This document shows, one piece after another, positions 1 to 12,285 of a stretch of DNA of 64,000 bases. How positions within the stretch are numbered: the first letter of the stretch is position 1; every line of letters starts with the position of its first letter. Made by a program: the position numbers and the translations under genes. Where the stretch lies: the NCBI GenBank assembly GCA_964057225.1, contig OZ059895.1, positions 21,390,001 to 21,454,000 of the forward strand, read 5' to 3'. The notes beneath the pieces are model-generated. The model was not told where the DNA came from and did no database searches. It saw only the letters and a program-made list of their open reading frames with translations. This DNA is from Auanema rhodensis (lineage: Eukaryota > Animalia > Nematoda).

Positions 1-62
1 AACGATCATAACTAATTTTTGTATTAAGCGTTTCTCAATGTAGTATAGTGCATTCGATGCGG

Positions 63-113
63 ATTTTTAAGCTGCGTCGATCTGTGTTATCAGATTTGCG
101 CTAGCTTAAAAAT
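63..113. repeat. Intra-monomer long inverted repeat (hairpin 1), in every monomer
   Basis: ATTTTTAAGCT (63-73) / AGCTTAAAAAT (103-113) perfect 11 bp; GCG (74-76) / CGC (99-101) with T102 bulged; ATCTG (80-84) / CAGAT (91-95); loop TGTTAT. Confidence 0.92.
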
Positions 114-130
114 GCACCGAGATATCAACT

Positions 131-152
131 GATATAAGTTCACACTTATATC
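131..152. repeat. Intra-monomer inverted repeat (hairpin 2)
   Basis: GATATAAGT (131-139) / ACTTATATC (144-152), perfect 9 bp with loop TCAC; outer CGAG (118-121) / CTCG (153-156). Confidence 0.92.
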
Positions 153-226
153 CTCGATTTTCACCCTGAAGAATTAATTTTTTCGTTGAATAACATTGTC
201 CATCGTCTTTGCCTTGAAAAAAGGAA

Positions 227-298
227 TCTAAAAACATCTCCTTTTTGCTAAATTATTTTGAAATTTTTCGAAAAAATTTTTGTCAAAATGTTTTTGGA
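227..298. repeat. Intra-monomer nested A/T-tract dyad (hairpin 3)
   Basis: Perfect palindrome TTTTTCGAAAAA (264-275); ATTTTGA (255-261) / TCAAAAT (283-289); outer TCTAAAAACAT (227-237) / ATGTTTTTGGA (288-298) complementary at 10/11. Confidence 0.8.
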
Positions 299-302
299 AG
301 CA

Positions 303-330
303 ATGTTGAGTGTACATGGAAACTCAACAT
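303..330. repeat. Intra-monomer inverted repeat (hairpin 4)
   Basis: ATGTTGAGT (303-311) / ACTCAACAT (322-330), perfect 9 bp with 10-nt loop; overlaps palindrome TGTACA (311-316). Confidence 0.92.
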
Positions 331-702
331 ACACTAATGCATCATTTTTCAAACGATCATAACTAATTTTTGTATTGAGCGTTTCTCAATGTAGTATAGT
401 GCATTCGATGCGGATTTTTAAGCTGCGTCGATCTGTGTTATCAGATTTGCGCTAGCTTAAAAATGCACCGAGATATCAACTGATGTAAGTTCACACTTAT
501 ATCCTCGATTTTCACCCTGAAGAATTAATTTTTTCGTTGAATAACATTGTCCATCGTCTTTGCCTTGAAAAAAGGAATCTAAAAACATCTACTTTTTGCT
601 AAATTATTTCGAAATTTTTCGAAAAAATTTTTGTCAAAATGTTTTTGGAAGCAATGTTGAGTGTACATGGAAACTCAACATACACTAATGCATCATTTTT
701 CA

Positions 703-1053
703 AACGATCATAACTAATTTTTGTATTAAGCGTTTCTCAATGTAGTATAGTGCATTCGATGCGGATTTTTAAGCTGCGTCGATCTGTGTTATCAGATTTG
801 CGCTAGCTTAAAAATGCACCGAGATATCAACTGATATAAGTTCACACTTATATCCTCGATTTTCACCCTGAAGAATTAATTTTTTCGTTGAATAACATTG
901 TCCATCGTCTTTGCCTTGAAAAAAGGAATCTAAAAACATCTACTTTTTGCTAAATTATTTTGAAATTTTTCGAAAAAATTTTTGTCAAAATGTTTTTGGA
1001 AGCAATGTTGAGTGTACATGGAAACTCAACATACACTAATGCATCATTTTTCA
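703..1053. repeat. Representative consensus monomer (M3)
   Basis: Carries the majority base at all variable sites I typed; about 110/351 G+C, 12 CpG, many A/T tracts of 4-6 nt. Confidence 0.93.
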
Positions 1054-1404
1054 AACGATCATAACTAATTTTTGTATTGAGCGTTTCTCAATGTAGTATA
1101 GTGCATTCGATGCGGATTTTTAAGCTGCGTCGATCTGTGTTATCAGATTTGCGCTAGCTTAAAAATGCACCGAGATATCAACTGATGTAAGTTCACACTT
1201 ATATCCTCGATTTTCACCCTGAAGAATTAATTTTTTCGTTGAATAACATTGTCCATCGTCTTTGCCTTGAAAAAAGGAATCTAAAAACATCTACTTTTTG
1301 CTAAATTATCTCGAAATTTTTCGAAAAAATTTTTGTCAAAATGTTTTTGGAAGCAATGTTGAGTGTACATGGAAACTCAACATACACTAATGCATCATTT
1401 TTCA

Positions 1405-4400
1405 AACGATCATAACTAATTTTTGTATTAAGCGTTTCTCAATGTAGTATAGTGCATTCGATGCGGATTTTTAAGCTGCGTCGATCTGTGTTATCAGATT
1501 TGCGCTAGCTTAAAAATGCACCGAGATATCAACTGATATAAGTTCACACTTATATCCTCAATTTTCACCCTGAAGAATTAATTTTTTCGTTGAATAACAT
1601 TGTCCATCGTCTTTGCCTTGAAAAAAGGAATCTAAAAACATCTACTTTTTGCTAAATTATTTTGAAATTTTTCGAAAAAATTTTTGTCAAAATGTTTTTG
1701 GAAGCAATGTTGAGTGTACATGGAAACTCAACATACACTAATGCATCATTTTTCAAACGATCATAACTAATTTTTGTATTGAGCGTTTCTCAATGTAGTA
1801 TAGTGCATTCGATGCGGATTTTTAAGCTGCGTCGATCTGTGTTATCAGATTTGCGCTAGCTTAAAAATGCACCGAGATATCAACTGATATAAGTTCACAC
1901 TTATATCCTCGATTTTCACCCTGAAGAATTAATTTTTTCATTGAATAACATTGTCCATCGTCTTTGCCATGAAAAAAGGAATCTAAAAACATCTACTTTT
2001 TGCTAAATTATTTTGAAATTTTTCGAAAAAATTTTTGTCAAAATGTTTTTGGAAGCAATGTTGAGTGTACATGGAAACTCAACATACACTAATGCATCAT
2101 TTTTCAAACGATCATAACTAATTTTTGTATTGAGCGTTTCTCAATGTAGTATAGTGCATTCGATGCGGATTTTTAAGCTGCGTCGATCTGTGTTATCAGA
2201 TTTGCGCTAGCTTAAAAATGCACCGAGATATCAACTGATATAAGTTCACACTTATATCCTCAATTTTCACCCTGAAGAATTAATTTTTTCGTTGAATAAC
2301 ATTGTCCATCGTCTTTGCCTTGAAAAAAGGAATCTAAAAACATCTACTTTTTGCTAAATTATTTTGAAATTTTTCGAAAAAATTTTTGTCAAAATGTTTT
2401 TGGAAGCAATGTTGAGTGTACATGGAAACTCAACATACACTAATGCATCATTTTTCAAACGATCATAACTAATTTTTGTATTAAGCGTTTCTCAATGTAG
2501 TATAGTGCATTCGATGCGGATTTTTAAGCTGCGTCGATCTGTGTTATCAGATTTGCGCTAGCTTAAAAATGCACCGAGATATCAACTGATATAAGTTCAC
2601 ACTTATATCCTCGATTTTCACCCTGAAGAATTAATTTTTTCGTTGAATAACAATGTCCATCGTATTTGCCTTGAAAAACGGAATCTAAAAACATCTACTT
2701 TTTGCTAAATTATTCTGAAATTTTTCGAAAAAATTTTTGTCAAAATGTTTTTGGAAGCAATGTTGAGTGTACATGGAAACTCAACATACACTAATGCATC
2801 ATTTTTCAAACGATCATAACTAATTTTTGTATTGAGCGTTTCTCAATGTAGTATAGTGCATTCGATGCGGATTTTTAAGCTGCGTCGATCTGTGTTATCA
2901 GATTTGCGCTAGCTTAAAAATGCACCGAGATATCAACTGATATAAGTTCACACTTATATCCTCGATTTTCACCCTGAAGAATTAATTTTTTCGTTGAATA
3001 ACATTGTCCATCGTCTTTGCCTTGAAAAAAGGAATCTAAAAACATCTACTTTTTGCTAAATTATTTCGAAATTTTTCGAAAAAATTTTTGTCAAAATGTT
3101 TTTGGAAGCAATGTTGAGTGTACATGGAAACTCAACATACACTAATGAATCATTTTTCAAACGATCATAACTAATTTTTGTATTAAGCGTTTCTCAATGT
3201 AGTATAGTGCATTCGATGCGGATTTTTAAGCTGCGTCGATCTGTGTTATCAGATTTGCGCTAGCTTAAAAATGCACCGAGATATCAACTGATATAAGTTC
3301 ACACTTATATCCTCAATTTTCACCCTGAAGAATTAATTTTTTCGTTGAATAACATTGTCCATCGTCTTTGCCTTGAAAAAAGGAATCTAAAAACATCTAC
3401 TTTTTGCTAAATTATTTTGAAATTTTTCGAAAAAATTTTTGTCAAAATGTTTTTGGAAGCAATGTTGAGTGTACATGGAAACTCAACATACACTAATGCA
3501 TCATTTTTCAAACGATCATAACTAATTTTTGTATTGAGCGTTTCTCAATGTAGTATAGTGCATTCGATGCGGATTTTTAAGCTGCGTCGATCTGTGTTAT
3601 CAGATTTGCGCTAGCTTAAAAATGCACCGAGATATCAACTGATATAAGTTCACACTTATATCCTCGATTTTCACCCTGAAGAATTAATTTTTTCATTGAA
3701 TAACATTGTCCATCGTCTTTGCCATGAAAAAAGGAATCTAAAAACATCTACTTTTTGCTAAATTATTTTGAAATTTTTCGAAAAAATTTTTGTCAAAATG
3801 TTTTTGGAAGCAATGTTGAGTGTACATGGAAACTCAACATACACTAATGCATCATTTTTCAAACGATCATAACTAATTTTTGTATTGAGCGTTTCTCAAT
3901 GTAGTATAGTGCATTCGATGCGGATTTTTAAGCTGCGTCGATCTGTGTTATCAGATTTGCGCTAGCTTAAAAATGCACCGAGATATCAACTGATATAAGT
4001 TCACACTTATATCCTCAATTTTCACCCTGAAGAATTAATTTTTTCGTTGAATAACATTGTCCATCGTCTTTGCCTTGAAAAAAGGAATCTAAAAACATCT
4101 ACTTTTTGCTAAATTATTTTGAAATTTTTCGAAAAAATTTTTGTCAAAATGTTTTTGGAAGCAATGTTGAGTGTACATGGAAACTCAACATACACTAATG
4201 CATCATTTTTCAAACGATCATAACTAATTTTTGTATTAAGCGTTTCTCAATGTAGTATAGTGCATTCGATGCGGATTTTTAAGCTGCGTCGATCTGTGTT
4301 ATCAGATTTGCGCTAGCTTAAAAATGCACCGAGATATCAACTGATATAAGTTCACACTTATATCCTCGATTTTCACCCTGAAGAATTAATTTTTTCGTTG

Positions 4401-7371
4401 AATAACAATGTCCATCGTATTTGCCTTGAAAAACGGAATCTAAAAACATCTACTTTTTGCTAAATTATTCTGAAATTTTTCGAAAAAATTTTTGTCAAAA
4501 TGTTTTTGGAAGCAATGTTGAGTGTACATGGAAACTCAACATACACTAATGCATCATTTTTCAAACGATCATAACTAATTTTTGTATTAAGCGTTTCTCA
4601 ATGTAGTATAGTGCATTCGATGCGGATTTTTAAGCTGCGTCGATCTGTGTTATCAGATTTGCGCTAGCTTAAAAATGCACCGAGATATCAACTGATATAA
4701 GTTCACACTTATATCCTCGATTTTCACCCTGAAGAATTAATTTTTTCGTTGAATAACATTGTCCATCGTCTTTGCCTTGAAAAAAGGAATCTAAATACAT
4801 CTACTTTTTGCTAAATTATTTCGAAATTTTTCGAAAAAATTTTTGTCAAAATGTTTTTGGAAGCAATGTTGAGTGTACATGGAAACTCAACATACACTAA
4901 TGCATCATTTTTCAAACGATCATAACTAATTTTTGTATTAAGCGTTTCTCAATGTAGTATAGTGCATTCGATGCGGATTTTTAAGCTGCGTCGATCTGTG
5001 TTATCAGATTTGCGCTAGCTTAAAAATGCACCGAGATATCAACTGATATAAGTTCACACTTATATCCTCGATTTTCACCCTGAAGAATTAATTTTTTCGT
5101 TGAATAACAATGTCCATCGTATTTGCCTTGAAAAACGGAATCTAAAAACATCTACTTTTTGCTAAATTATTCTGAAATTTTTCGAAAAAATTTTTGTCAA
5201 AATGTTTTTGGAAGCAATGTTGAGTGTACATGGAAACTCAACATACACTAATGCATCATTTTTCAAACGATCATAACTAATTTTTGTATTGAGCGTTTCT
5301 CAATGTAGTATAGTGCATTCGATGCGGATTTTTAAGCTGCGTCGATCTGTGTTATCAGATTTGCGCTAGCTTAAAAATGCACCGAGATATCAACTGATAT
5401 AAGTTCACACTTATATCCTCGATTTTCACCCTGAAGAATTAATTTTTTCGTTGAATAACATTGTCCATCGTCTTTGCCTTGAAAAAAGGAATCTAAAAAC
5501 ATCTACTTTTTGCTAAATTATTTCGAAATTTTTCGAAAAAATTTTTGTCAAAATGTTTTTGGAAGCAATGTTGAGTGTACATGGAAACTCAACATACACT
5601 AATGCATCATTTTTCAAACGATCATAACTAATTTTTGTATTAAGCGTTTCTCAATGTAGTATAGTGCATTCGATGCGGATTTTTAAGCTGCGTCGATCTG
5701 TGTTATCAGATTTGCGCTAGCTTAAAAATGCACCGAGATATCAACTGATATAAGTTCACACTTATATCCTCAATTTTCACCCTGAAGAATTAATTTTTTC
5801 GTTGAATAACATTGTCCATCGTCTTTGCCTTGAAAAAAGGAATCTAAAAACATCTACTTTTTGCTAAATTATTTTGAAATTTTTCGAAAAAATTTTTGTC
5901 AAAATGTTTTTGGAAGCAATGTTGAGTGTACATGGAAACTCAACATACACTAATGCATCATTTTTCAAACGATCATAACTAATTTTTGTATTGAGCGTTT
6001 CTCAATGTAGTATAGTGCATTCGATGCGGATTTTTAAGCTGCGTCGATCTGTGTTATCAGATTTGCGCTAGCTTAAAAATGCACCGAGATATCAACTGAT
6101 ATAAGTTCACACTTATATCCTCGATTTTCACCCTGAAGAATTAATTTTTTCATTGAATAACATTGTCCATCGTCTTTGCCATGAAAAAAGGAATCTAAAA
6201 ACATCTACTTTTTGCTAAATTATTTTGAAATTTTTCGAAAAAATTTTTGTCAAAATGTTTTTGGAAGCAATGTTGAGTGTACATGGAAACTCAACATACA
6301 CTAATGCATCATTTTTCAAACGATCATAACTAATTTTTGTATTGAGCGTTTCTCAATGTAGTATAGTGCATTCGATGCGGATTTTTAAGCTGCGTCGATC
6401 TGTGTTATCAGATTTGCGCTAGCTTAAAAATGCACCGAGATATCAACTGATATAAGTTCACACTTATATCCTCAATTTTCACCCTGAAGAATTAATTTTT
6501 TCGTTGAATAACATTGTCCATCGTCTTTGCCTTGAAAAAAGGAATCTAAAAACATCTACTTTTTGCTAAATTATTTTGAAATTTTTCGAAAAAATTTTTG
6601 TCAAAATGTTTTTGGAAGCAATGTTGAGTGTACATGGAAACTCAACATACACTAATGCATCATTTTTCAAACGATCATAACTAATTTTTGTATTAAGCGT
6701 TTCTCAATGTAGTATAGTGCATTCGATGCGGATTTTTAAGCTGCGTCGATCTGTGTTATCAGATTTGCGCTAGCTTAAAAATGCACCGAGATATCAACTG
6801 ATATAAGTTCACACTTATATCCTCGATTTTCACCCTGAAGAATTAATTTTTTCGTTGAATAACAATGTCCATCGTATTTGCCTTGAAAAACGGAATCTAA
6901 AAACATCTACTTTTTGCTAAATTATTCTGAAATTTTTCGAAAAAATTTTTGTCAAAATGTTTTTGGAAGCAATGTTGAGTGTACATGGAAACTCAACATA
7001 CACTAATGCATCATTTTTCAAACGATCATAACTAATTTTTGTATTAAGCGTTTCTCAATGTAGTATAGTGCATTCGATGCGGATTTTTAAGCTGCGTCGA
7101 TCTGTGTTATCAGATTTGCGCTAGCTTAAAAATGCACCGAGATATCAACTGATATAAGTTCACACTTATATCCTCGATTTTCACCCTGAAGAATTAATTT
7201 TTTCGTTGAATAACATTGTCCATCGTCTTTGTCTTGAAAAAAGGAATCTAAAAACATCTACTTTTTGCTAAATTATTTCGAAATTTTTCGAAAAAATTTT
7301 TGTCAAAATGTTTTTGGAAGCAATGTTGAGTGTACATGGAAACTCAACATACACTAATGCATCATTTTTCA
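1405..7371. repeat. Local ~5-monomer higher-order repeat (1755 bp), three copies (M5-9, M10-14, M17-21) with a 2-monomer insert (M15-16)
   Basis: Recurring order: G156A; A26G+G185A+T214A; A26G+G156A; type X (T196A+C207A+A222C+T258C); T259C. Confidence 0.85.
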
Positions 7372-8775
7372 AACGATCATAACTAATTTTTGTATTAAGC
7401 GTTTCTCAATGTAGTATAGTGCATTCGATGCGGATTTTTAAGCTGCGTCGATCTGTGTTATCAGATTTGCGCTAGCTTAAAAATGCACCGAGATATCAAC
7501 TGATATAAGTTCACACTTATATCCTCAATTTTCACCCTGAAGAATTAATTTTTTCGTTGAATAACATTGTCCATCGTCTTTGCCTTGAAAAAAGGAATCT
7601 AAAAACATCTACTTTTTGCTAAATTATTTTGAAATTTTTCGAAAAAATTTTTGTCAAAATGTTTTTGGAAGCAATGTTGAGTGTACATGGAAACTCAACA
7701 TACACTAATGCATCATTTTTCAAACGATCATAACTAATTTTTGTATTAAGCGTTTCTCAATGTAGTATAGTGCATTCGATGCGGATTTTTAAGCTGCGTC
7801 GATCTGTGTTATCAGATTTGCGCTAGCTTAAAAATGCACCGAGATATCAACTGATATAAGTTCACACTTATATCCTCGATTTTCACCCTGAAGAATTAAT
7901 TTTTTCGTTGAATAACAATGTCCATCGTATTTGCCTTGAAAAACGGAATCTAAAAACATCTACTTTTTGCTAAATTATTCTGAAATTTTTCGAAAAAATT
8001 TTTGTCAAAATGTTTTTGGAAGCAATGTTGAGTGTACATGGAAACTCAACATACACTAATGCATCATTTTTCAAACGATCATAACTAATTTTTGTATTAA
8101 GCGTTTCTCAATGTAGTATAGTGCATTCGATGCGGATTTTTAAGCTGCGTCGATCTGTGTTATCAGATTTGCGCTAGCTTAAAAATGCACCGAGATATCA
8201 ACTGATATAAGTTCACACTTATATCCTCGATTTTCACCCTGAAGAATTAATTTTTTCGTTGAATAACATTGTCCATCGTCTTTGTCTTGAAAAAAGGAAT
8301 CTAAAAACATCTACTTTTTGCTAAATTATTTCGAAATTTTTCGAAAAAATTTTTGTCAAAATGTTTTTGGAAGCAATGTTGAGTGTACATGGAAACTCAA
8401 CATACACTAATGCATCATTTTTCAAACGATCATAACTAATTTTTGTATTAAGCGTTTCTCAATGTAGTATAGTGCATTCGATGCGGATTTTTAAGCTGCG
8501 TCGATCTGTGTTATCAGATTTGCGCTAGCTTAAAAATGCACCGAGATATCAACTGATATAAGTTCACACTTATATCCTCAATTTTCACCCTGAAGAATTA
8601 ATTTTTTCGTTGAATAACATTGTCCATCGTCTTTGCCTTGAAAAAAGGAATCTAAAAACATCTACTTTTTGCTAAATTATTTTGAAATTTTTCGAAAAAA
8701 TTTTTGTCAAAATGTTTTTGGAAGCAATGTTGAGTGTACATGGAAACTCAACATACACTAATGCATCATTTTTCA
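6670..8775. repeat. 3-monomer tandem duplication (M20-22 = M23-25, 1053 bp)
   Basis: Order X; C212T+T259C; G156A occurs twice. C212T is seen only in M21 and M24. Confidence 0.87.
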
Positions 8776-10530
8776 AACGATCATAACTAATTTTTGTATT
8801 AAGCGTTTCTCAATGTAGTATAGTGCATTCGATGCGGATTTTTAAGCTGCGTCGATCTGTGTTATCAGATTTGCGCTAGCTTAAAAATGCACCGAGATAT
8901 CAACTGATATAAGTTCACACTTATATCCTCGATTTTCACCCTGAAGAATTAATTTTTTCATTGAATAACATTGTCCATCGTCTTTGCCATGAAAAAAGGA
9001 ATCTAAAAACATCTACTTTTTGCTAAATTATTTTGAAATTTTTCGAAAAAATTTTTGTCAAAATGTTTTTGGAAGCAATGTTGAGTGTACATGGAAACTC
9101 AACATACACTAATGCATCATTTTTCAAACGATCATAACTAATTTTTGTATTAAGCGTTTCTCAGTGTAGTATAGTGCATTCGATGCGGATTTTTAAGCTG
9201 CGTCGATCTGTGTTATCAGATTTGCGCTAGCTTAAAAATGCACCGAGATATCAACTGATATAAGTTCACACTTATATCCTCAATTTTCACCCTGAAGAAT
9301 TAATTTTTTCGTTGAATAACATTGTCCATCGTCTTTGCCTTGAAAAAAGGAATCTAAAAACATCTACTTTTTGCTAAATTATTTTGAAATTTTTCGAAAA
9401 AATTTTTGTCAAAATGTTTTTGGAAGCAATGTTGAGTGTACATGGAAACTCAACATACACTAATGCATCATTTTTCAAACGATCATAACTAATTTTTGTA
9501 TTAAGCGTTTCTCAATGTAGTATAGTGCATTCGATGCGGATTTTTAAGCTGCGTCGATCTGTGTTATCAGATTTGCGCTAGCTTAAAAATGCACCTAGAT
9601 ATCAACTGATATAAGTTCACACTTATATCCTCGATTTTCACCCTGAAGAATTAATTTTTTCATTGAATAACATTGTCCATCGTCTTTGCCTTGAAAAAAG
9701 GAATCTAAAAACATCTACTTTTTGCTAAATTATTTTGAAATTTTTCGAAAAAATTTTTGTCAAAATGTTTTTGGAAGCAATGTTGAGTGTACATGGAAAC
9801 TCAACATACACTAATGCATCATTTTTCAAACGATCATAACTAATTTTTGTATTAAGCGTTTCTCAATGTAGTATAGTGCATTCGATGCGGATTTTTAAGC
9901 TGCGTCGATCTGTGTTATCAGATTTGCGCTAGCTTAAAAATGCACCGAGATATCAACTGATATAAGTTCACACTTATATCCTCGATTTTCACCCTGAAGA
10001 ATTAATTTTTTCGTTGAATAACAATGTCCATCGTATTTGCCTTGAAAAACGGAATCTAAAAACATCTACTTTTTGCTAAATTATTCTGAAATTTTTCGAA
10101 AAAATTTTTGTCAAAATGTTTTTGGAAGCAATGTTGAGTGTACATGGAAACTCAACATACACTAATGCATCATTTTTCGAACGATCATAACTAATTTTTG
10201 TATTAAGCGTTTCTCAATGTAGTATAGTGCATTCGATGCGGATTTTTAAGCTGCGTCGATCTGTGTTATCAGATTTGCGCTAGCTTAAAAATGCACCGAG
10301 ATATCAACTGATATAAGTTCACACTTATATCCTCGATTTTCACCCTGAAGAATTAATTTTTTCGTTGAATAACATTGTCCATCGTCTTTGCCTTGAAAAA
10401 AGGAATCTAAAAACATCTACTTTTTGCTAAATTATTTTGAAATTTTTCGAAAAAATTTTTGTCAAAATGTTTTTGGAAGCAATGTTGAGTGTACATGGAA
10501 ACTCAACATACACTAATGCATCATTTTTCA

Positions 10531-12285
10531 AACGATCATAACTAATTTTTGTATTAAGCGTTTCTCAATGTAGTATAGTGCATTCGATGCGGATTTTTAA
10601 GCTGCGTCGATCTGTGTTATCAGATTTGCGCTACCTTAAAAATGCACCGAGATATCAACTGATATAAGTTCACACTTATATCCTCGATTTTCACCCTGAA
10701 GAATTCATTTTTTCGTTGAATAACATTGTCCATCGTCTTTGCCTTGAAAAAAGGAATCTAAAAACATCTACTTTTTGCTAAATTATTTTGAAATTTTTCG
10801 AAAAAATTTTTGTCAAAATGTTTTTGGAAGCAATGTTGAGTGTACATGGAAACTCAACATACACTAATGCATCATTTTTCAAACGATCATAACTAATTTT
10901 TGTATTAAGCGTTTCTCAATGTAGTATAGTGCATTCGATGCGGATTTTTAAGCTGCGTCGATCTGTGTTATCAGATTTGCGCTACCTTAAAAATGCACCG
11001 AGATATCAACTGATATAAGTTCACACTTATATCCTCGATTTTCACCCTGAAGAATTAATTTTTTCGTTGAATAACATTGTCCATCGTCTTTGCCTTGAAA
11101 AAAGGAATCTAAAAACATCTAATTTTTGCTAAATTATTTTGAAATTTTTCGAAAAAATTTTTGTCAAAATGTTTTTGGAAGCAATGTTGAGTGTACATGG
11201 AAACTCAACATACACTAATGCATCATTTTTCAAACGATCATAACTAATTTTTGTATTAAGCGTTTCTCAATGTAGTATAGTGCATTCGATGCGGATTTTT
11301 AAGCTGCGTCGATCTGTGTTATCAGATTTGCGCTACCTTAAAAATGCACCGAGATATCAACTGATATAAGTTCACACTTATATCCTCGATTTTCACCCTG
11401 AAGAATTAATTTTTTCGTTGAATAACATTGTCCATCGTCTTTGCCTTGAAAAAAGGAATCTAAAAACATCTACTTTTTGCTAAATTATTTTGAAATTTTT
11501 CGAAAAAATTTTTGTCAAAATGTTTTTGGAAGCAATGTTGAGTGTACATGGAAACTCAACATACACTAATGCATCATTTTTCAAACGATCATAACTAATT
11601 TTTGTATTAAGCGTTTCTCAATGTAGTATAGTGCATTCGATGCGGATTTTTAAGCTGCGTCGATCTGTGTTATCAGATTTGCGCTACCTTAAAAATGCAC
11701 CGAGATATCAACTGATATAAGTTCACACTTATATCCTCGATTTTCACCCTGAAGAATTCATTTTTTCGTTGAATAACATTGTCCATCGTCTTTGCCTTGA
11801 AAAAAGGAATCTAAAAACATCTACTTTTTGCTAAATTATTTTGAAATTTTTCGAAAAAATTTTTGTCAAAATGTTTTTGGAAGCAATGTTGAGTGTACAT
11901 GGAAACTCAACATACACTAATGCATCATTTTTCAAACGATCATAACTAATTTTTGTATTAAGCGTTTCTCAATGTAGTATAGTGCATTCGATGCGGATTT
12001 TTAAGCTGCGTCGATCTGTGTTATCAGATTTGCGCTACCTTAAAAATGCACCGAGATATCAACTGATATAAGTTCACACTTATATCCTCGATTTTCACCC
12101 TGAAGAATTAATTTTTTCGTTGAATAACATTGTCCATCGTCTTTGCCTTGAAAAAAGGAATCTAAAAACATCTAATTTTTGCTAAATTATTTTGAAATTT
12201 TTCGAAAAAATTTTTGTCAAAATGTTTTTGGAAGCAATGTTGAGTGTACATGGAAACTCAACATACACTAATGCATCATTTTTCA
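10531..12285. repeat. Block of five G104C monomers with 3-monomer periodicity (M31-35)
   Basis: CTACCTT replaces CTAGCTT in five consecutive monomers; A176C in M31/M34 and C241A in M32/M35. Confidence 0.87.

Noticed and set aside
41-60. Pol III A-box-like TAGTATAGTG and B-box-like ATTCGATGC (tRNA or SINE origin)
   Set aside because: Each box misses a conserved G, they are adjacent rather than 30-60 bp apart, and there is no cloverleaf.
52-68. CENP-B box
   Set aside because: TTCG is present but the required CGGG/CCCG does not occur in the monomer.
166-219. Hammerhead ribozyme (CTGAAGA fits CUGANGA, GAAA at 216-219), as in newt, schistosome and cave-cricket satellites
   Set aside because: No helix II forms between the two boxes, no complement to the upstream TTCACC exists for helix I, G171 is mutated in several monomers, and the - strand has no CUGANGA. 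An Infernal/Rfam scan would settle it.
63-330. Hairpins as intrinsic terminators or promoters
   Set aside because: There is no gene context, the stems are AT-rich, and they are not consistently followed by U-tracts.
1-351. Monomer as a dimer of ~175-bp subunits
   Set aside because: Only short AT-rich similarities (e.g. TAATTTTT at 13 and 175); I could not see colinear homology between the halves.
1-351. Assignment to a named satellite (Drosophila 1.688/359-bp, tenebrionid beetle 340-360-bp families) or to a MITE/Helitron
   Set aside because: Length and AT content are similar, but I do not recognise the sequence, and no TIR/TSD or element termini are visible. A database search is required.
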